64,000 nucleotides of DNA from Lama guanicoe (Eukaryota), in contig MU056029.1 of assembly GCA_013239625.1 (NCBI GenBank), positions 620,001-684,000 on the forward strand, given 5' to 3'. A model generated the notes under the pieces. It did not search any database. It worked only from the letters and a program-made list of their open reading frames with translations, and had not been told where the DNA came from. Within the stretch, counting starts at the first letter, position 1. The number at the start of each line of letters is the position of its first letter. This document shows positions 52,181-63,752 of this stretch, piece by piece. Both the position numbers and the translations under genes were made by a program.

Positions 52181-53203
52181 GTCCGAACAGACTTAACAAC
52201 TGTTAACATTTTGATGTATTTTATATGTGAACAACTTGAATGTAAGACATGCTATCTCCTCATCTCTAAATATGTCAGCGCACATCTCCTAAGAATAAGG
52301 TCATTCTTCTACTTAACTACAGTACCATTATCATACCTAAGGAAATCAATAATAATTTTTGAATATTATCTAATTTCTAGCCTTACTAAATTTTCCTCAG
52401 TGGCCCCAAAATGTCTTTTGTAGAGTGCTTTTTCCCCAGTCAGTGTCCATTCAAAGTTCATTTCTTACACTGAACTTTTATGAGCCTCTAATCTCTTTGA
52501 ATCTAGACTAATCGAAGCTTCCCCACCCCCATCCCGCCATAGTCTTTATTTTTGAAAAGTCTGGACAAGTTGTCTTGCACAGTGTGTTTCTGGATTGGTA
52601 AATTATTTTTCCTTATTTAACTTGTCTGTCTAGTCCTCACATTTCCTGTGAACTGAAAGTTAGATCTAGATGATTTCTTTTGGATTCAAGGTAAACTTTT
52701 GGCAAGAATGCCCCATAGGTGATGCTGTGTGCTGCACATTTCATCTCATCAGGAAGCACGTAACACCTGGCTCTCCCAGGTGGTGACTCGCAGATTTGCC
52801 GTCAGAAAGATATATTGTCTTTTGCAATCAGCCAGTGCTCTCTGCAGGGGCTCTCTCGCACCTTGCAAATGTCCTGTTTCCCAACCACCATTCCTCTAAT
52901 GACTTGGGCATTCACTAATCCTCATCTGAATCAACCATTATATTGAAGAATCACTTTTTTTTAATTGCTCTGTAAGTTGAAGGCTATATTTATTTCAAAG
53001 GAACTTGTAGGAATCATCATCACTTGGTAGAAATTTCCCAGGATAGGTTCATGTGGGACAGATGTCCTAATTTTACATATTGGGGATCTCTGTGCAGGGA
53101 CCCAAGATGGTAGAAAGCAGGAGGAGAATGAGATGACGGTTCCATGGACTGATTTTATAAAAGACTCAAGGCATCGGTAAAAATTCTCCACCTTTCTTCA
53201 GCG

Positions 53204-53233
53204 GTCGCCATGACAACGTAAGTGAGCCGGGCG
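53204..53233 (+). promoter_or_regulatory. RFX X-box with splice donor and GC box (candidate promoter or first-exon end)
   Basis: GTCGCCATGACAAC (53204-53217), GTAAGT (53218-53223), then GGGCGGG; local CpG cluster. Confidence 0.45.
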
Positions 53234-53541
53234 GGACCCTTCCCATTTCATCAGAGCTTTCTGTGCTTATGCTCCTTGTTCCACTGGCAGGAGTATCCTT
53301 GATGCTTATTATAATCAAAGCTAATATAAAAGTCAGAAGAGCTGGAGAAGGGAGGTGTGTCAGGATGGATGCTGTGGACCCTGTGTTTCACCAGGAGGAG
53401 CTCATCACCTGTTTTTCTCTATTTAAAATAACAAGGTTATTTTTTTATTACAATAGCTAATGCTTTATTTTAAAAGCCCCTTCCTTTTTTTTTTTTTTAG
53501 AAAATGTGTTTGGTATTATACTCACTTTGATGGAGTGTATA

Positions 53542-54041
53542 TGTTATAGAAACCTGAATCACATCGAGAGACCAAGCGACACTCGGAGGGTTGGAGAACT
53601 CAGGTTTATGGAGCCGGCGGGCCCAGAGGAGTTAACACCCCAAGCTCTGGACCCCGTCTGTAGGTTTACATAGGCTTTTATAGAGTTTTAGGTTTCAATT
53701 AAGTTCACACTATATAAAAATGAGGTGTTAGAAATGGACCAGTCAGGAGAGAGCTTTTGGGAACCAATGGAATTTTAGGGGTAAGTTTCATTTTCCTAGA
53801 AGCAAGCCATTTCACAGAAGCACAAAAGTGGGAAGGCAATGGCCCTGCCTGGGAGGTCCTGCTGGTCCCTTTGTGGGTTTTGCCCCTTCATATATAAAAA
53901 AGAGGGAAGAGATTTACCCCTTTGGAGAAGTGAAGCATGTAACTGTAGAGAAAGCCAAGGTGAGAGACTTCCCTTTTCAGAAGCAGACACACCGCCTCCT
54001 CTGTGTGCTCCTGAGAACGGCTGAACTCCCATCCCTGCACA
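53542..54041 (-). mobile_element. Solo ERV1-like LTR
   Basis: TGTTATAG...CTGCACA; antisense poly(A)-like TTTATG and TATA (CTTTTATAG); TSD unclear. Confidence 0.78.
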
Positions 54042-54682
54042 TAATACAGACAACAAACTTAAGACTCAGAAAGGTGCAGCGAAAAAGGCAACATGCTAGG
54101 GGCCTCAGGACTGTGGAATGTCACAACACGGAGCTCCTCGTTTATCGTGGACTGCATCCTGGAGAAGCCAGGAACCCAGACACACCAGTGAGCACCATCA
54201 GAAAAGCCCCAAGAGAGTCCAAGTGCCAGGAAGGGGGCAGCCCAGATGGACAGAGAACTTTAGACAAAACTTCAGCCAGACATGTCCCCCTAGGGCCAGC
54301 TCCCTGGTGGGGAGCCGGGGCCCTACCCCTGCCGAGCAGTCATGAGGTGCCCAGTCCTCCCCCACCATTTTCACACTGCACTGTTGGTATATAAAATGCA
54401 ACAAACTGGGTGAAAGGTACACAGGGCCTCTCAGCTATTTTTTCAACTTCCTATGAATTTATTATTTCAGAATGAAAAAGTAAAATTAAAAAGCCAGACC
54501 TTTGGGTGATTTTTTCCCTTTTCTATCTGGGCACTCTGTGGCCACTCTGGTGTATAGTGGCTGGGTTCAGTGTCTCACAGCAAAACAATGAAAAGGAGCA
54601 GCTGCTCGCCTATTCCATTCTGCTGCAGTGTCCCCAGATTGTAGGTTTGGAAGGAGTGCCATTTAGAACTGGGCAAGCTGAT

Positions 54683-54880
54683 ATTTTTTTTTAATGTAGT
54701 TTTCATTGAGGTAACATTGCTTTATAACCTTATGCAGGTTTCATGTCTCCAACATTCTATCTCTACTTCTGTGTACCCTACAGCGTGCTGAGTCAGATGG
54801 AGAAAGGCAGACACCATAGGACTTCCCTCTTATGGGGAATATAAAATACAAACAAACAAAAAATAAATGAACAAAGCAAG
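54683..54880 (-). mobile_element. Short L1 3' end with 5' inversion
   Basis: Minus-strand 3' terminus (54683-54790) joined to a plus-strand upstream 3' UTR piece (54791-54880). Confidence 0.7.
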
Positions 54881-55574
54881 TTCATTCTTAAGTGGAAGAT
54901 CCAGGAGATACTTTGGCGGTTCTGTGTCCATGAGCCGAAACATCCAAAAGAGGAAGCTATTGGGGGCAAAGACAGGAAGCCAGGGGAACCTTTCCTAACA
55001 TAACACCACTCAATTCAGTAAAAAGTAGCACCATGTCCCTTTCTTTCATTCTCCATGGCAATGTAATTCAGTACAAATTATGTAAGAACAATGACTGTTA
55101 AAGGGACATTAGTGGAGGGGAGCTTTGATTCCACCTCCAGAAAATGTTTTCTCACTCCTTTAAGATGCAACACTTCAGCAACCAAGGTAGATAAGATCCC
55201 TGTTTCCCCTGGATCTTGGAAATGCTCACATCTAGAGTGCTGTCTGGAATTTTCTAGAAGCAAAGTAATGTAACAATATTCAATGGAGTTCGGGGTTTCT
55301 AGCCTGAAGCAGAATGGGGCGCCACAGCCACCGATACCCAAGAAGGCTGTAATGTGGACATGAATTAGACTTGCTTTCCTTTATTAGAACCATGGAGAGT
55401 TTTCAAGCCAGGAGAATTGTCCCTAAAGAATCAAGATGCCTTAAGAAGTGTTCAGCGCCCCTTCAAATGAACTGAGCGAGAGAAAGATCACACTGCGAGA
55501 GTGTGGTGCAGAAGGATGTGCTCAGGGTGAGTGCAGGACCTGAAGGACCCGCAAGATCCCTGGCAGCATGGTTC

Positions 55575-56533
55575 TGTGAGTGGACAGAGAGACCCCTAAA
55601 GTAGGAGGCCCACCAAAGTGTGGGTCCTTGCCGCTGGCTGTGAAAGAATTCACAGCAGAGGCAGAGGGATGAAGTGAATGGCTGCTTTACGGCTCAGAAG
55701 CAGAAAAGGAAAGAAAGGCACTCAAGCAGGGAGCCGTCAGCCAAGGCGGCCTGTCGAGACAGCTCCCATCTGGGACAGGCCATGTGGACTTGTGTGAAAG
55801 GCTTCCTTCCGGGGGTCTTCCTTCTGGGTGTGATGGAGCCAATCAGTCCCTGTGTGGGCTTTTTAGTCCCTGTACAGGCATTTCCAGTTGTTGTCATAGC
55901 AACCGTCAGCTGTCCTGGTGCTGATGGGTGTGACACTTAGCATGTTAGCACATTACAATGAGGGCATAAGGAGGCTCAAGGTCTACTGGAAGTCAGATCC
56001 TCTACCATCTTGGACTCTGTTGGTTCTAACCGGTTCTTGTTTCTTCTCCTGAAACTTAAATAATAGTAACTGGTTTCTAGTCAATGGAGAGACAGAGGTA
56101 TGATCCTGCCCCGGTAACAAAAAGGAAACAAAAGGTAACAAAAAGGAAAGTTCCTTTTAATCAGAATGCCTACAATCTGGTGGACCTATTGTCCCCCCAA
56201 AAAACCATCTAAGGCCTGAGAGGCTTCAGCTTTTTTATAAACAAGGGGGTTGCTTAGTCCCTGCAGAACTGAAAGATATTGTTATCTGTATTCGCTGAGG
56301 AGGAACCAGCACCCTGCCCCATGGCTGCATCATTGTTTCTTGGCTGTTCCTCCCTTGTGTCTGTACTCCCTCCCTTCCCTGATTAGCAACTATTTCAATC
56401 TAAATCTGCCCTTTGAAACTCAGGGAAGGTCAAGGAGGCTGAATGAAGCCTATTTCCTACAAATGAGGAACGGGGTGGGGGGCATGGAAAGATTCACAGC
56501 AGGGGGGACCCCACAGAGTCCTGCTCAGTAGCA
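55575..56533 (-). mobile_element. Long (959 bp) LTR, possibly composite
   Basis: TGTGAG...GTCCTGCTCAGTAGCA; perfect TSD GTTC; terminus shared with families B and C. Confidence 0.85.
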
Positions 56534-56610
56534 GTTCTGGGGGTGAGCACACGCCTTCGACTCCCTTGGCTGCCCTTTAGGGCTGCCATGTATAACAAAG
56601 GAGGCAGTTA

Positions 56611-57231
56611 TGAGACAGGAGGGAAGGGGGCAGGGCACAGCCACTCAAGGGATGACAGCAATTTAACACCAAAATAGTGGAAGACTCAACTCCCAGTTGG
56701 CCTTGAGGATTAAGAGGTTTGACATCTAGTAGACCTTGAGCTTCATTATATGCTCGTTATAGCAGCGTGGTAAACAACATGCTCGCAGGCCATGACAGCC
56801 CCAAGGCTAATCGCAAAAGGCCAAAGAAGGGGTGGTGGCCCAGTTCCTGGGAATCCCAGCCCCTTCCCCAGGGCAGTTGGAAGGTGTGTGAAGCTACTGA
56901 GCCCATGAAAACTGACAACACCATGCCTAGTGCCCTTTTTCGCTCCTTCCCCTTCGGAGACGGCCCGCACTGTCTGTGGAGTGTGTGCCTACTTTTACTT
57001 TAACCTGAGCACCCAACTCCCACACCTCTTTCCTTGCCTTTCTCTTGCCTTAAACTCTGTGCAGTGTGTTTCTCTCTAAATAAATCTACCTTTGCTCAAC
57101 TGTGGCTCACACTTGAATTCTTCCCTGTGCAAAGCCAAGGACCTACACCTGGCAGGGCATGTTCCAAGGGCTCAGCCAAGACCTGGGACATGGCCCTCCT
57201 CACGAGGCCCTACATCCATTTTCCTGCATCA
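56611..57231 (+). mobile_element. MER41-like solo LTR
   Basis: TGAGACAGGAGGGAAGGGGGCAGGGCACAGCC start, AATAAA near 57079, ends CTGCATCA; perfect TSD GTTA. Confidence 0.85.
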
Positions 57232-57959
57232 GTTAGATTTGACACTTGGATCAATAGCAAGTAATTATTTGGTGCATGTGAGTCTGTGGAACCTCTGTCT
57301 GGTAATTGTACTCAGTCATCGGGCAGCTCTGGTTTCAGTGCATCCCCTTCCCCCGCTCTCTTGTGTGTTTCTTGAGCAGCACCTGCAGATCCTCGGATGG
57401 GGGCCACAGGGGTCCTGGAGGCTCTTTCCCTCTCAAGTGTAGAGAGCTGAAGGGTTGGGAGTTTCCTTCACCCCACAGTGCCGGGAACAGGGCAGCCCAG
57501 CCATCCTGCCTCAGGGGGAGGGACATCTGAGCAGTCACTCACACGCCCCAGGATCGGGCTGGGGCCAGGGCTTTGTCTGAACTTGCACTGGGCATAGTTC
57601 CTTCCCCTTCCCTGTTCTGTGTTCCTCACTTCTTCACAGGGTTCCTGTGGAAGAAATCCTATTACAATGTCCACTTCTGGGGAGCCTAGCCTGGGACAAT
57701 CCTGAAATAAAGGTGAGGATATAAATTTGGCCCTGAGGAATCAATTTCCGTGGTAAGAAATACTGCATAACCATACACAAACTCTGGAAATTCTTTCCTC
57801 AAAGTATTGTTTGATGTTAAGGCTCAGAGTAAAACTTGGAAGCCCTACAGTGTTGTCTATCAAAGGAAAGGCTTTTTAATATTCAAAGTGCTATATTCAA
57901 GAGAAAAGCTGAGTCTTTTTAAAAATTTATTTATTAAAAAAATTTAATTAACCATGACC

Positions 57960-58100
57960 ATTTTCTTTCCTTATTTTTCTTTTCTTTATTTGGGGGGGGG
58001 ATTAGGTTGGTTTGTTTGTTTTTTAAATGGAGGTACTGGGGGTTAAACCCAGAACCTCATGCATGCTAAGCACATGCTCTATCACTGAGCTGTAACTTTC
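57960..58100 (-). mobile_element. tRNA-Ala-derived SINE (Vic-1-like)
   Basis: ATGGAGGTACTGGGG...CTCTATCACTGAGCT. Confidence 0.85.
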
Positions 58101-58107
58101 CAGCTAA

Positions 58108-58278
58108 ATTTTTTTTAAATTGGAGTGTAGTTGATTTACAATGTTAGCTTCAGGTGTACAGCAAAGTGATTCAGTTATACATATACATACATATATATGT
58201 GTATATATTTTTTTCAGGTTCTTTTCCATTATATGTTATTACAAGAAACTGAATATAGTTCTCTGTGCTGTACAGTAA
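58108..58278 (-). mobile_element. L1 3' terminus
   Basis: TTGGAGTGTAGTTGATTTACAATGTTAG...GTGTACAGCAAAGTGATTCAG. Confidence 0.85.
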
Positions 58279-58707
58279 CCAAGAATCTTAAACATGGGTC
58301 TGTCGAGGACCAGAGCCCTTCATCCCTGCCAGGTTCTTGCCCCTAGGTCATCTGGCCATATGGCATTGGTGGCTCTGGCTGGGGACTTGCCCCTCCTCCC
58401 AGGACCTCCATATTGAGCACATTCCAAAACTTGAAGTATGTGATCAGAACTCCACAGCTGAGAGTTCAGTGAAGCACCAAAGATCCCCATTTCATATCTT
58501 TGTAAAGTGATCTCCATGTGGGATGTCATAACCTGCCTCTGCTCATTTGTTTTCTTCCATCTCATCACTGGTTGAGTTCCAGGAGACTTTGGAGAACCTG
58601 GCCCTCACACTCACCCACGCCCCCTTCTGCTTCAGGCAGTCACAAGGACCTGAAGCTCCCTTTGCTGTAAATCCCTAGGGTGAGCTAGAAAATCAAAGCC
58701 AAGGAAC

Positions 58708-59144
58708 TGTAATAGAAAAGAACAAATCTGACTCTATTAGATCTGTTCCTTTAACTTTAACCACTGTGCCGTTTTCTAGGCTTAGTCTTGCTAGCTCTGC
58801 ACACATGTAAAGATAACAAGTTGCACAATTGAGAATAACATTTGTTTTGCTGGAGGTTTTACAGGAGCACCATGACCTGGCCCACATGGATAGCTGCAGG
58901 AACAAAGAATTTCTGCACCAAGAAGTTTGTAACAACCAACCACACCCCCTTCCCTCTTTGTTTTGTTTTTGTATAAAAGGAGCCTGAATTCTAAAGTGGG
59001 GAAGATGGTTCTCCAAGACATTAGTCTGCCATCCTCTGGGTCTGCTTGCTTTCTGAATAAAGTCGCTATTCCTTGTCCCAACACCTCGTGTCCCGATTTA
59101 TTGGCCTGTCTGCGGTGAGCAGAATGAATTTGGACTTGGTAACA
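58708..59144 (+). mobile_element. Solo LTR, family A, copy 7 (internal deletion of about 90 bp)
   Basis: TGTAATAG...GGTAACA; TATAAAA near 58972, AATAAA near 59056; near-TSD GAAC/AAAC. Confidence 0.93.
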
Positions 59145-59259
59145 AAACTTCACTGGAAGGGGAAAGGGGGCATCTGACACTCACTAAAAGGTAACTTACT
59201 CCTCCAGAAGGAGCTCACTTTGCAACAAAAACAACTCCACCAACAAGCAGAGGGGCCAG

Positions 59260-59390
59260 GCTGACCGTGGTTGTGCCTGAGCCTCCGGGAGGTGCGTGGG
59301 CGCAAGTGGCAGTGACCGTGCGCCGTTGGCTGGCATGGCAACAGCGCGGCTCTGGTTTTCATTTCCTTGGTGCCTTGTGGCAACAGTGCT
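59260..59390. promoter_or_regulatory. Small CpG-rich patch with MYB-type site and X-box (candidate promoter)
   Basis: GCCGTTGG (59322-59329) abutting GCTGGCATGGCAAC (59329-59342); second GGCAAC half-site near 59380. Confidence 0.4.
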
Positions 59391-59539
59391 GCTAAAGAAG
59401 TTTTCTCTCCTCATCTCAAGCAGACTGGGCTCTTCCTGTTCCTGAAGCCCACACTCAGCTGGGCTTGCACAAGTAGGAATGAATTACCAGTGAGAAATGC
59501 AACACTCTGAGGGAACATGAGTAAATCACTGGAACAGCT

Positions 59540-59740
59540 TCCATTTATTGGAGGCCAACAATGTATCAACTATGTTGTATATATTACGTCATTTAATATA
59601 TTATTATTTGCATTTTTTAATAGAGAGGGAAGTCAAGACTTAAGGAAATGAAGAAATTGGCCATGATCAGCTAGGTAGGGAAGGATGGAGCTGGGATTCT
59701 AACCCCATCAGTCTGTTTACAAAGCCCACATTTAACTATT
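59540..59740 (-). mobile_element. MIR SINE
   Basis: ATTTATTGGAGG...GGAGCTGGGATTCTAACCCCATCAGTCTG. Confidence 0.6.
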
Positions 59741-60795
59741 GCACAAACTGTTCACCTGAAAGAGAAGTCAACAGAAGTTTGACCTGAAATAAAATCATAT
59801 TTTCCCAGATTCCACTGGTGGCCCTGGCTTCAGTTTCCATGATTGATTTGTTGTATATAAACCTTGTATGTGCACTGTCAGAATCTCCGTGACCATCTAT
59901 CATGTACCCCTGACTGCAGAAGAAATATGAGAAACTATAAGGCTCTCAAAGGTACGAGACTTCTGCAGATGAAGCAATCAGAGAAAAAAGGTAAGCATTC
60001 TTTCTGCTTCGGATTTAAAAGGAATTGTTCCCATGCAAAGAAAGGGTGAGCTTGTCTTTGGATCCGTGTGCTTTTACTTAAACAAAGACAGCATGGAGGA
60101 AGCACCGGAATGGAAGCTCCCCTCTGCTCTGGGATTCCACGGTACCGGAAATTGTCTGAGCCATCGCTGCATTGATGAGGTTACCTTTTAATACCCAGCA
60201 GTGCATTGAGACACACCCACATGGAATCCCAACCAATTCCTTGCCCAGGTGTTATAGAAACTTGTTTACCTCCAACTGAAAAAAAGAAATTGCTTTCCAT
60301 GCTCATCGAGATTGCAGAGTGTGGATGGCTGACCTATTTTTGCTGCAGTGTTTGTCTTGTTTTTACTTATAGCAATCACAGTGGCCTGATCACCAGCATC
60401 ATCCCCAGGATGCAGGTTTTTTCTTAATGTGATTGTTTCGCAGATTATGATGATATGGCGCCAGTGTGATGCCCGCAAATGTTCCGGGGGGTGGTGCGGG
60501 AGGTCTTATGAATGCATTAGGGGTCAGCGCAAGTCCCTTATCAAGATTTCTCCAGTGGCTGCTGGGCTGTCCTCATGGTGGACAGCTACCCTTTGGCATG
60601 GCCCTAGGAAACCTGAGTTGCCCTAATAATGTCCTGGAAAAAGAAGGGTTCTTTGGGGAGCCCCCATAGAGTCAGCCATTTGAGGTCGACAGAATAGAGT
60701 TTTTCGAATGAAATTAAAATCTCCCCAGAAAGAACAGAGTTCTAGATGCCTTGTTCCTCCACTCCTCTCCCTCCCTGCGCTCCTCCACTCCCACC

Positions 60796-61181
60796 TGTGT
60801 TAGTCGGTTTGGCAGTTACAGCAAGGTGTCACAGACTGGGTGGCTTCAACAGCAGTCATTTATTTCCTTTGAGTTTTGGAGGCCGGAAAGTTCAAGATCA
60901 AGGCGCAGCAGATCTGGTTTTGGGTGAAGGCTTGCAGATGGCTATCTTCTCACTGTGTCTGCTTACATGACAGAGAGAGAGAGACCGAGAGGCAGAGAGA
61001 GACCGAGAGGCAGAGAGAGACAGAGAGAGAGAGAGGGGAGGCACGCTTTCTTTCTACCTCTTGTTATAAGGGAGCTAATCCCATCATGAGAGTTCTTACT
61101 TTCATGACCTAAATATCATCACATTGGGTTTTAGGATTTCAATACATGAATTCCGGGGGAACACAAACGTGTTCCATAGCA
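60796..61181 (-). mobile_element. MLT1A-like MaLR LTR with internal (GA)-rich repeat
   Basis: CACAGACTGGGTGGCTT..AACAGCAG.CATTTATTTC; end reverse-complements to TGCTATGGA. Confidence 0.85.
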
Positions 61182-62981
61182 ATCCTGAAATTCAAAATGT
61201 CTGTTGAAAACCTATGTAAGAATACTAGCAATAGTAATGGTGGGTAGCATTTATCAAGACGATGCTCTCTGTAAGTATTAACCCCTTTCTTGTTCTCCAA
61301 GAAGTAGGGACTCTATCCTTCCTGCTTTTCAGATTTAAAAGTTGCCAGGGGACAGGAGAAGTAACCTTATTGAGTTGGGGGGCTGGGATCCAGTGCAGGA
61401 GACTCACTGCCTCCCCAGTGACGTTCTCCATGCCAAGACACAGTGAGGGCATCCATCTGTGTGAGCAGACTTGTCAAGAGGGCCTCTCCCCACCTCCATG
61501 AAGCCCAGAGAGGTTGGGAGTCTAATGTTGCAAAGCTTCACCAGTCATTGGAAAACCAGCCCCCAATTAATTAAATTTATAGTCCAAAAAAGTGGTGGTG
61601 CTTAATGCTTTTTATTCTTCCGGTTTGATGAAATGCACATAGTCAAGTCTAATTAACCTTCACCTTCACAACAGTGGAGCAATGACTCAGACAGTGAGGT
61701 GCAGGGTTACAGGGTGTTGGAATGCTCCTCGCAGCAAGGCTGAGCACTGAGCCCTACCTAACCCAACTCATTTTGAAAGCCCCCTCTGCAGAGGGAAGCA
61801 CTAATTTACTTAGAGACCTTTGATATGCTAATTACAAATCACTCTTACCTACTCATTAGGATGCCTCCCCCAAGGGATTTCCCCATCCTTTTAATTCTGT
61901 ACTAATTACAGATCTGTTCTTAAAGTACAGCAGGATAGTAAAGAATGAGACAGACAGGGTTAGAATCCAGACTCTTCAGTTTACTGACTCCTCATTTTGG
62001 ACAAGTTCTTTTGCCTCTGAAAGCCCCATTTTTTTTTGCCTGTAAAGTGGAGATAATCATTTTCTTCCCTGGTTTAAAGGCTGTAAAGAAGACACGACAG
62101 CCAATCCTTCTGACACGGCTACAGTGAGTTGACAGTATACATTGCTGCTCAGTGTTCTTGCATTTAACTAATCTGCTTTTCTCACTAATCACTACTGGTC
62201 TCCTTCCAATAAACATAAATATAGCAAGAATTTCTTTTTCTTGTTTCTTCGACTATGAGGACAGACTTCTTCGACTGGAAAGGTCTGATGCTGTGCAGTA
62301 ATCATTTGGTATTCCATTGATGTCACCTTAACTGTGAAATGTTGAAATTGAATTCAAAAGTGAGACCGGTGGCTCCTCGGCTCATCAGGAGGTGCAGGGC
62401 ACCATCTCCCGTGGCCCTCCTTGGTTTAGTCTAGTTTTAAGTAGACTGTAGGAGTTTTGTGTCTTTATCCATACATCTTTTTTTTTTTCTTTGCTTCTCT
62501 GGAGTTTTCTGCCTTTTAGGATATTTTAAGACCATTTACTCCATGAAACACAGGGATTTGTCAGACACCACCTGCTCATGATCAGCTTTCAAACCAAATG
62601 AAGGTAAGAGGGTAGAGCACAGTGAGTTTGCCAAGGGAGGTAAGGCTAAGTGCAGAGGGATTCAAAGACAGGGAGATAAAAATCCCACTGAGTGGATGGG
62701 GGAACACTTAGTGGAGGATGTTTGTTTGCAGCAGAAGTTGGAGACTGGGAAGGGTCTTGCTGAAAAGAGGAGGTGGGAAATCCCAGGAGAAAGTCTGTAT
62801 CAGCAAAGACACAGAATTGGGGAACTCTGGCTCAGTCACCAGGGGAAAGTCCAGGTTCTTCCCCACAGAAGGGAACTGCAGAACCCAGAGAAGAAGGTTG
62901 TGGGTTGAGCCGCCGTTATGGTGTGGAGAACCTGGAGTGTGGGGTTTAACCTGAGAGAAAGGCTGTGTCATCATCAAATCC

Positions 62982-63752
62982 ACTGGAGGAAACTCAGCCC
63001 CTGTACCTCACTTGCCGAATTGAGACTCGAAGACAGAGTCCTGGATGAAGTAGAAAAGGCAGCTTTATTTCTTTGCAGGCAAAGGAGGTCCCAGTGGGCT
63101 AGTGCCTCCAAGACGGTGAGCCTGCTAGAGGGAGAAGGCAGGGGGTTTACAGTTAAAAGTTCAGGAGTTCAAGGGGGTGGAGTTGGTTTCCACAGAGATC
63201 CCATATAGGGTAACAAATTGTTACAAAGTTGTTCTTGGTTTTGCAGGTGCAGTGGTCTCCTTTCCTCTGCGGGGGATGAAGTTCACCTCCAGCTTTGGAA
63301 CTCTTCTAATATTCTTGTGCCTAGAACAAAGATGCTTAAGAAGGGGGTCTATGGAAAAGTGCTCTAGAGAAAAACTTGTGCACTTCAAAATCAGGCTGAT
63401 ATTTGCTTCTGGCATTTTAGTCAGGCTGAGGCTGGGGACCTCTTGTTGCAGTGTCTGCATAGCCGAGGACAACAGAATGCAAAGAATACACAGAATACAT
63501 AAGAAGGTAAAAATAACTGCAGACGTGTGCAACGAGGGTGAGTTATGAACAAGATGCACAAAACACCAAACGGCTGTCTCTGAGGTGTGGGAGCAAAAGG
63601 AAGAGGGTGGGCAGATGACCTGAGCCACCCCCTCCTTTCCAGCCCAATGCTGGTTGGCAAAAGCATGACAAAAGCCATTTAAACAATTATACAATTAAGC
63701 AGTTACAAATACAACACGGTCACCAGTGACAGCAGGTTCCTGCTCAGTTACA
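62982..63752 (-). mobile_element. Solo LTR, family C, copy 2
   Basis: Colinear with 28310-29102; ends CCTGCTCAGTTACA; left terminus degenerate and no TSD seen. Confidence 0.88.

Noticed and set aside
53828..54394. Longest ORF (188 aa)
   Set aside because: It starts inside an LTR and crosses its boundary, has no recognisable domain and lacks an ATG start.
63177..63694. Overlapping 123-aa and 157-aa ORFs resembling the ORF at 28670
   Set aside because: Both lie in family C LTRs, and the frame is not preserved between the two copies.
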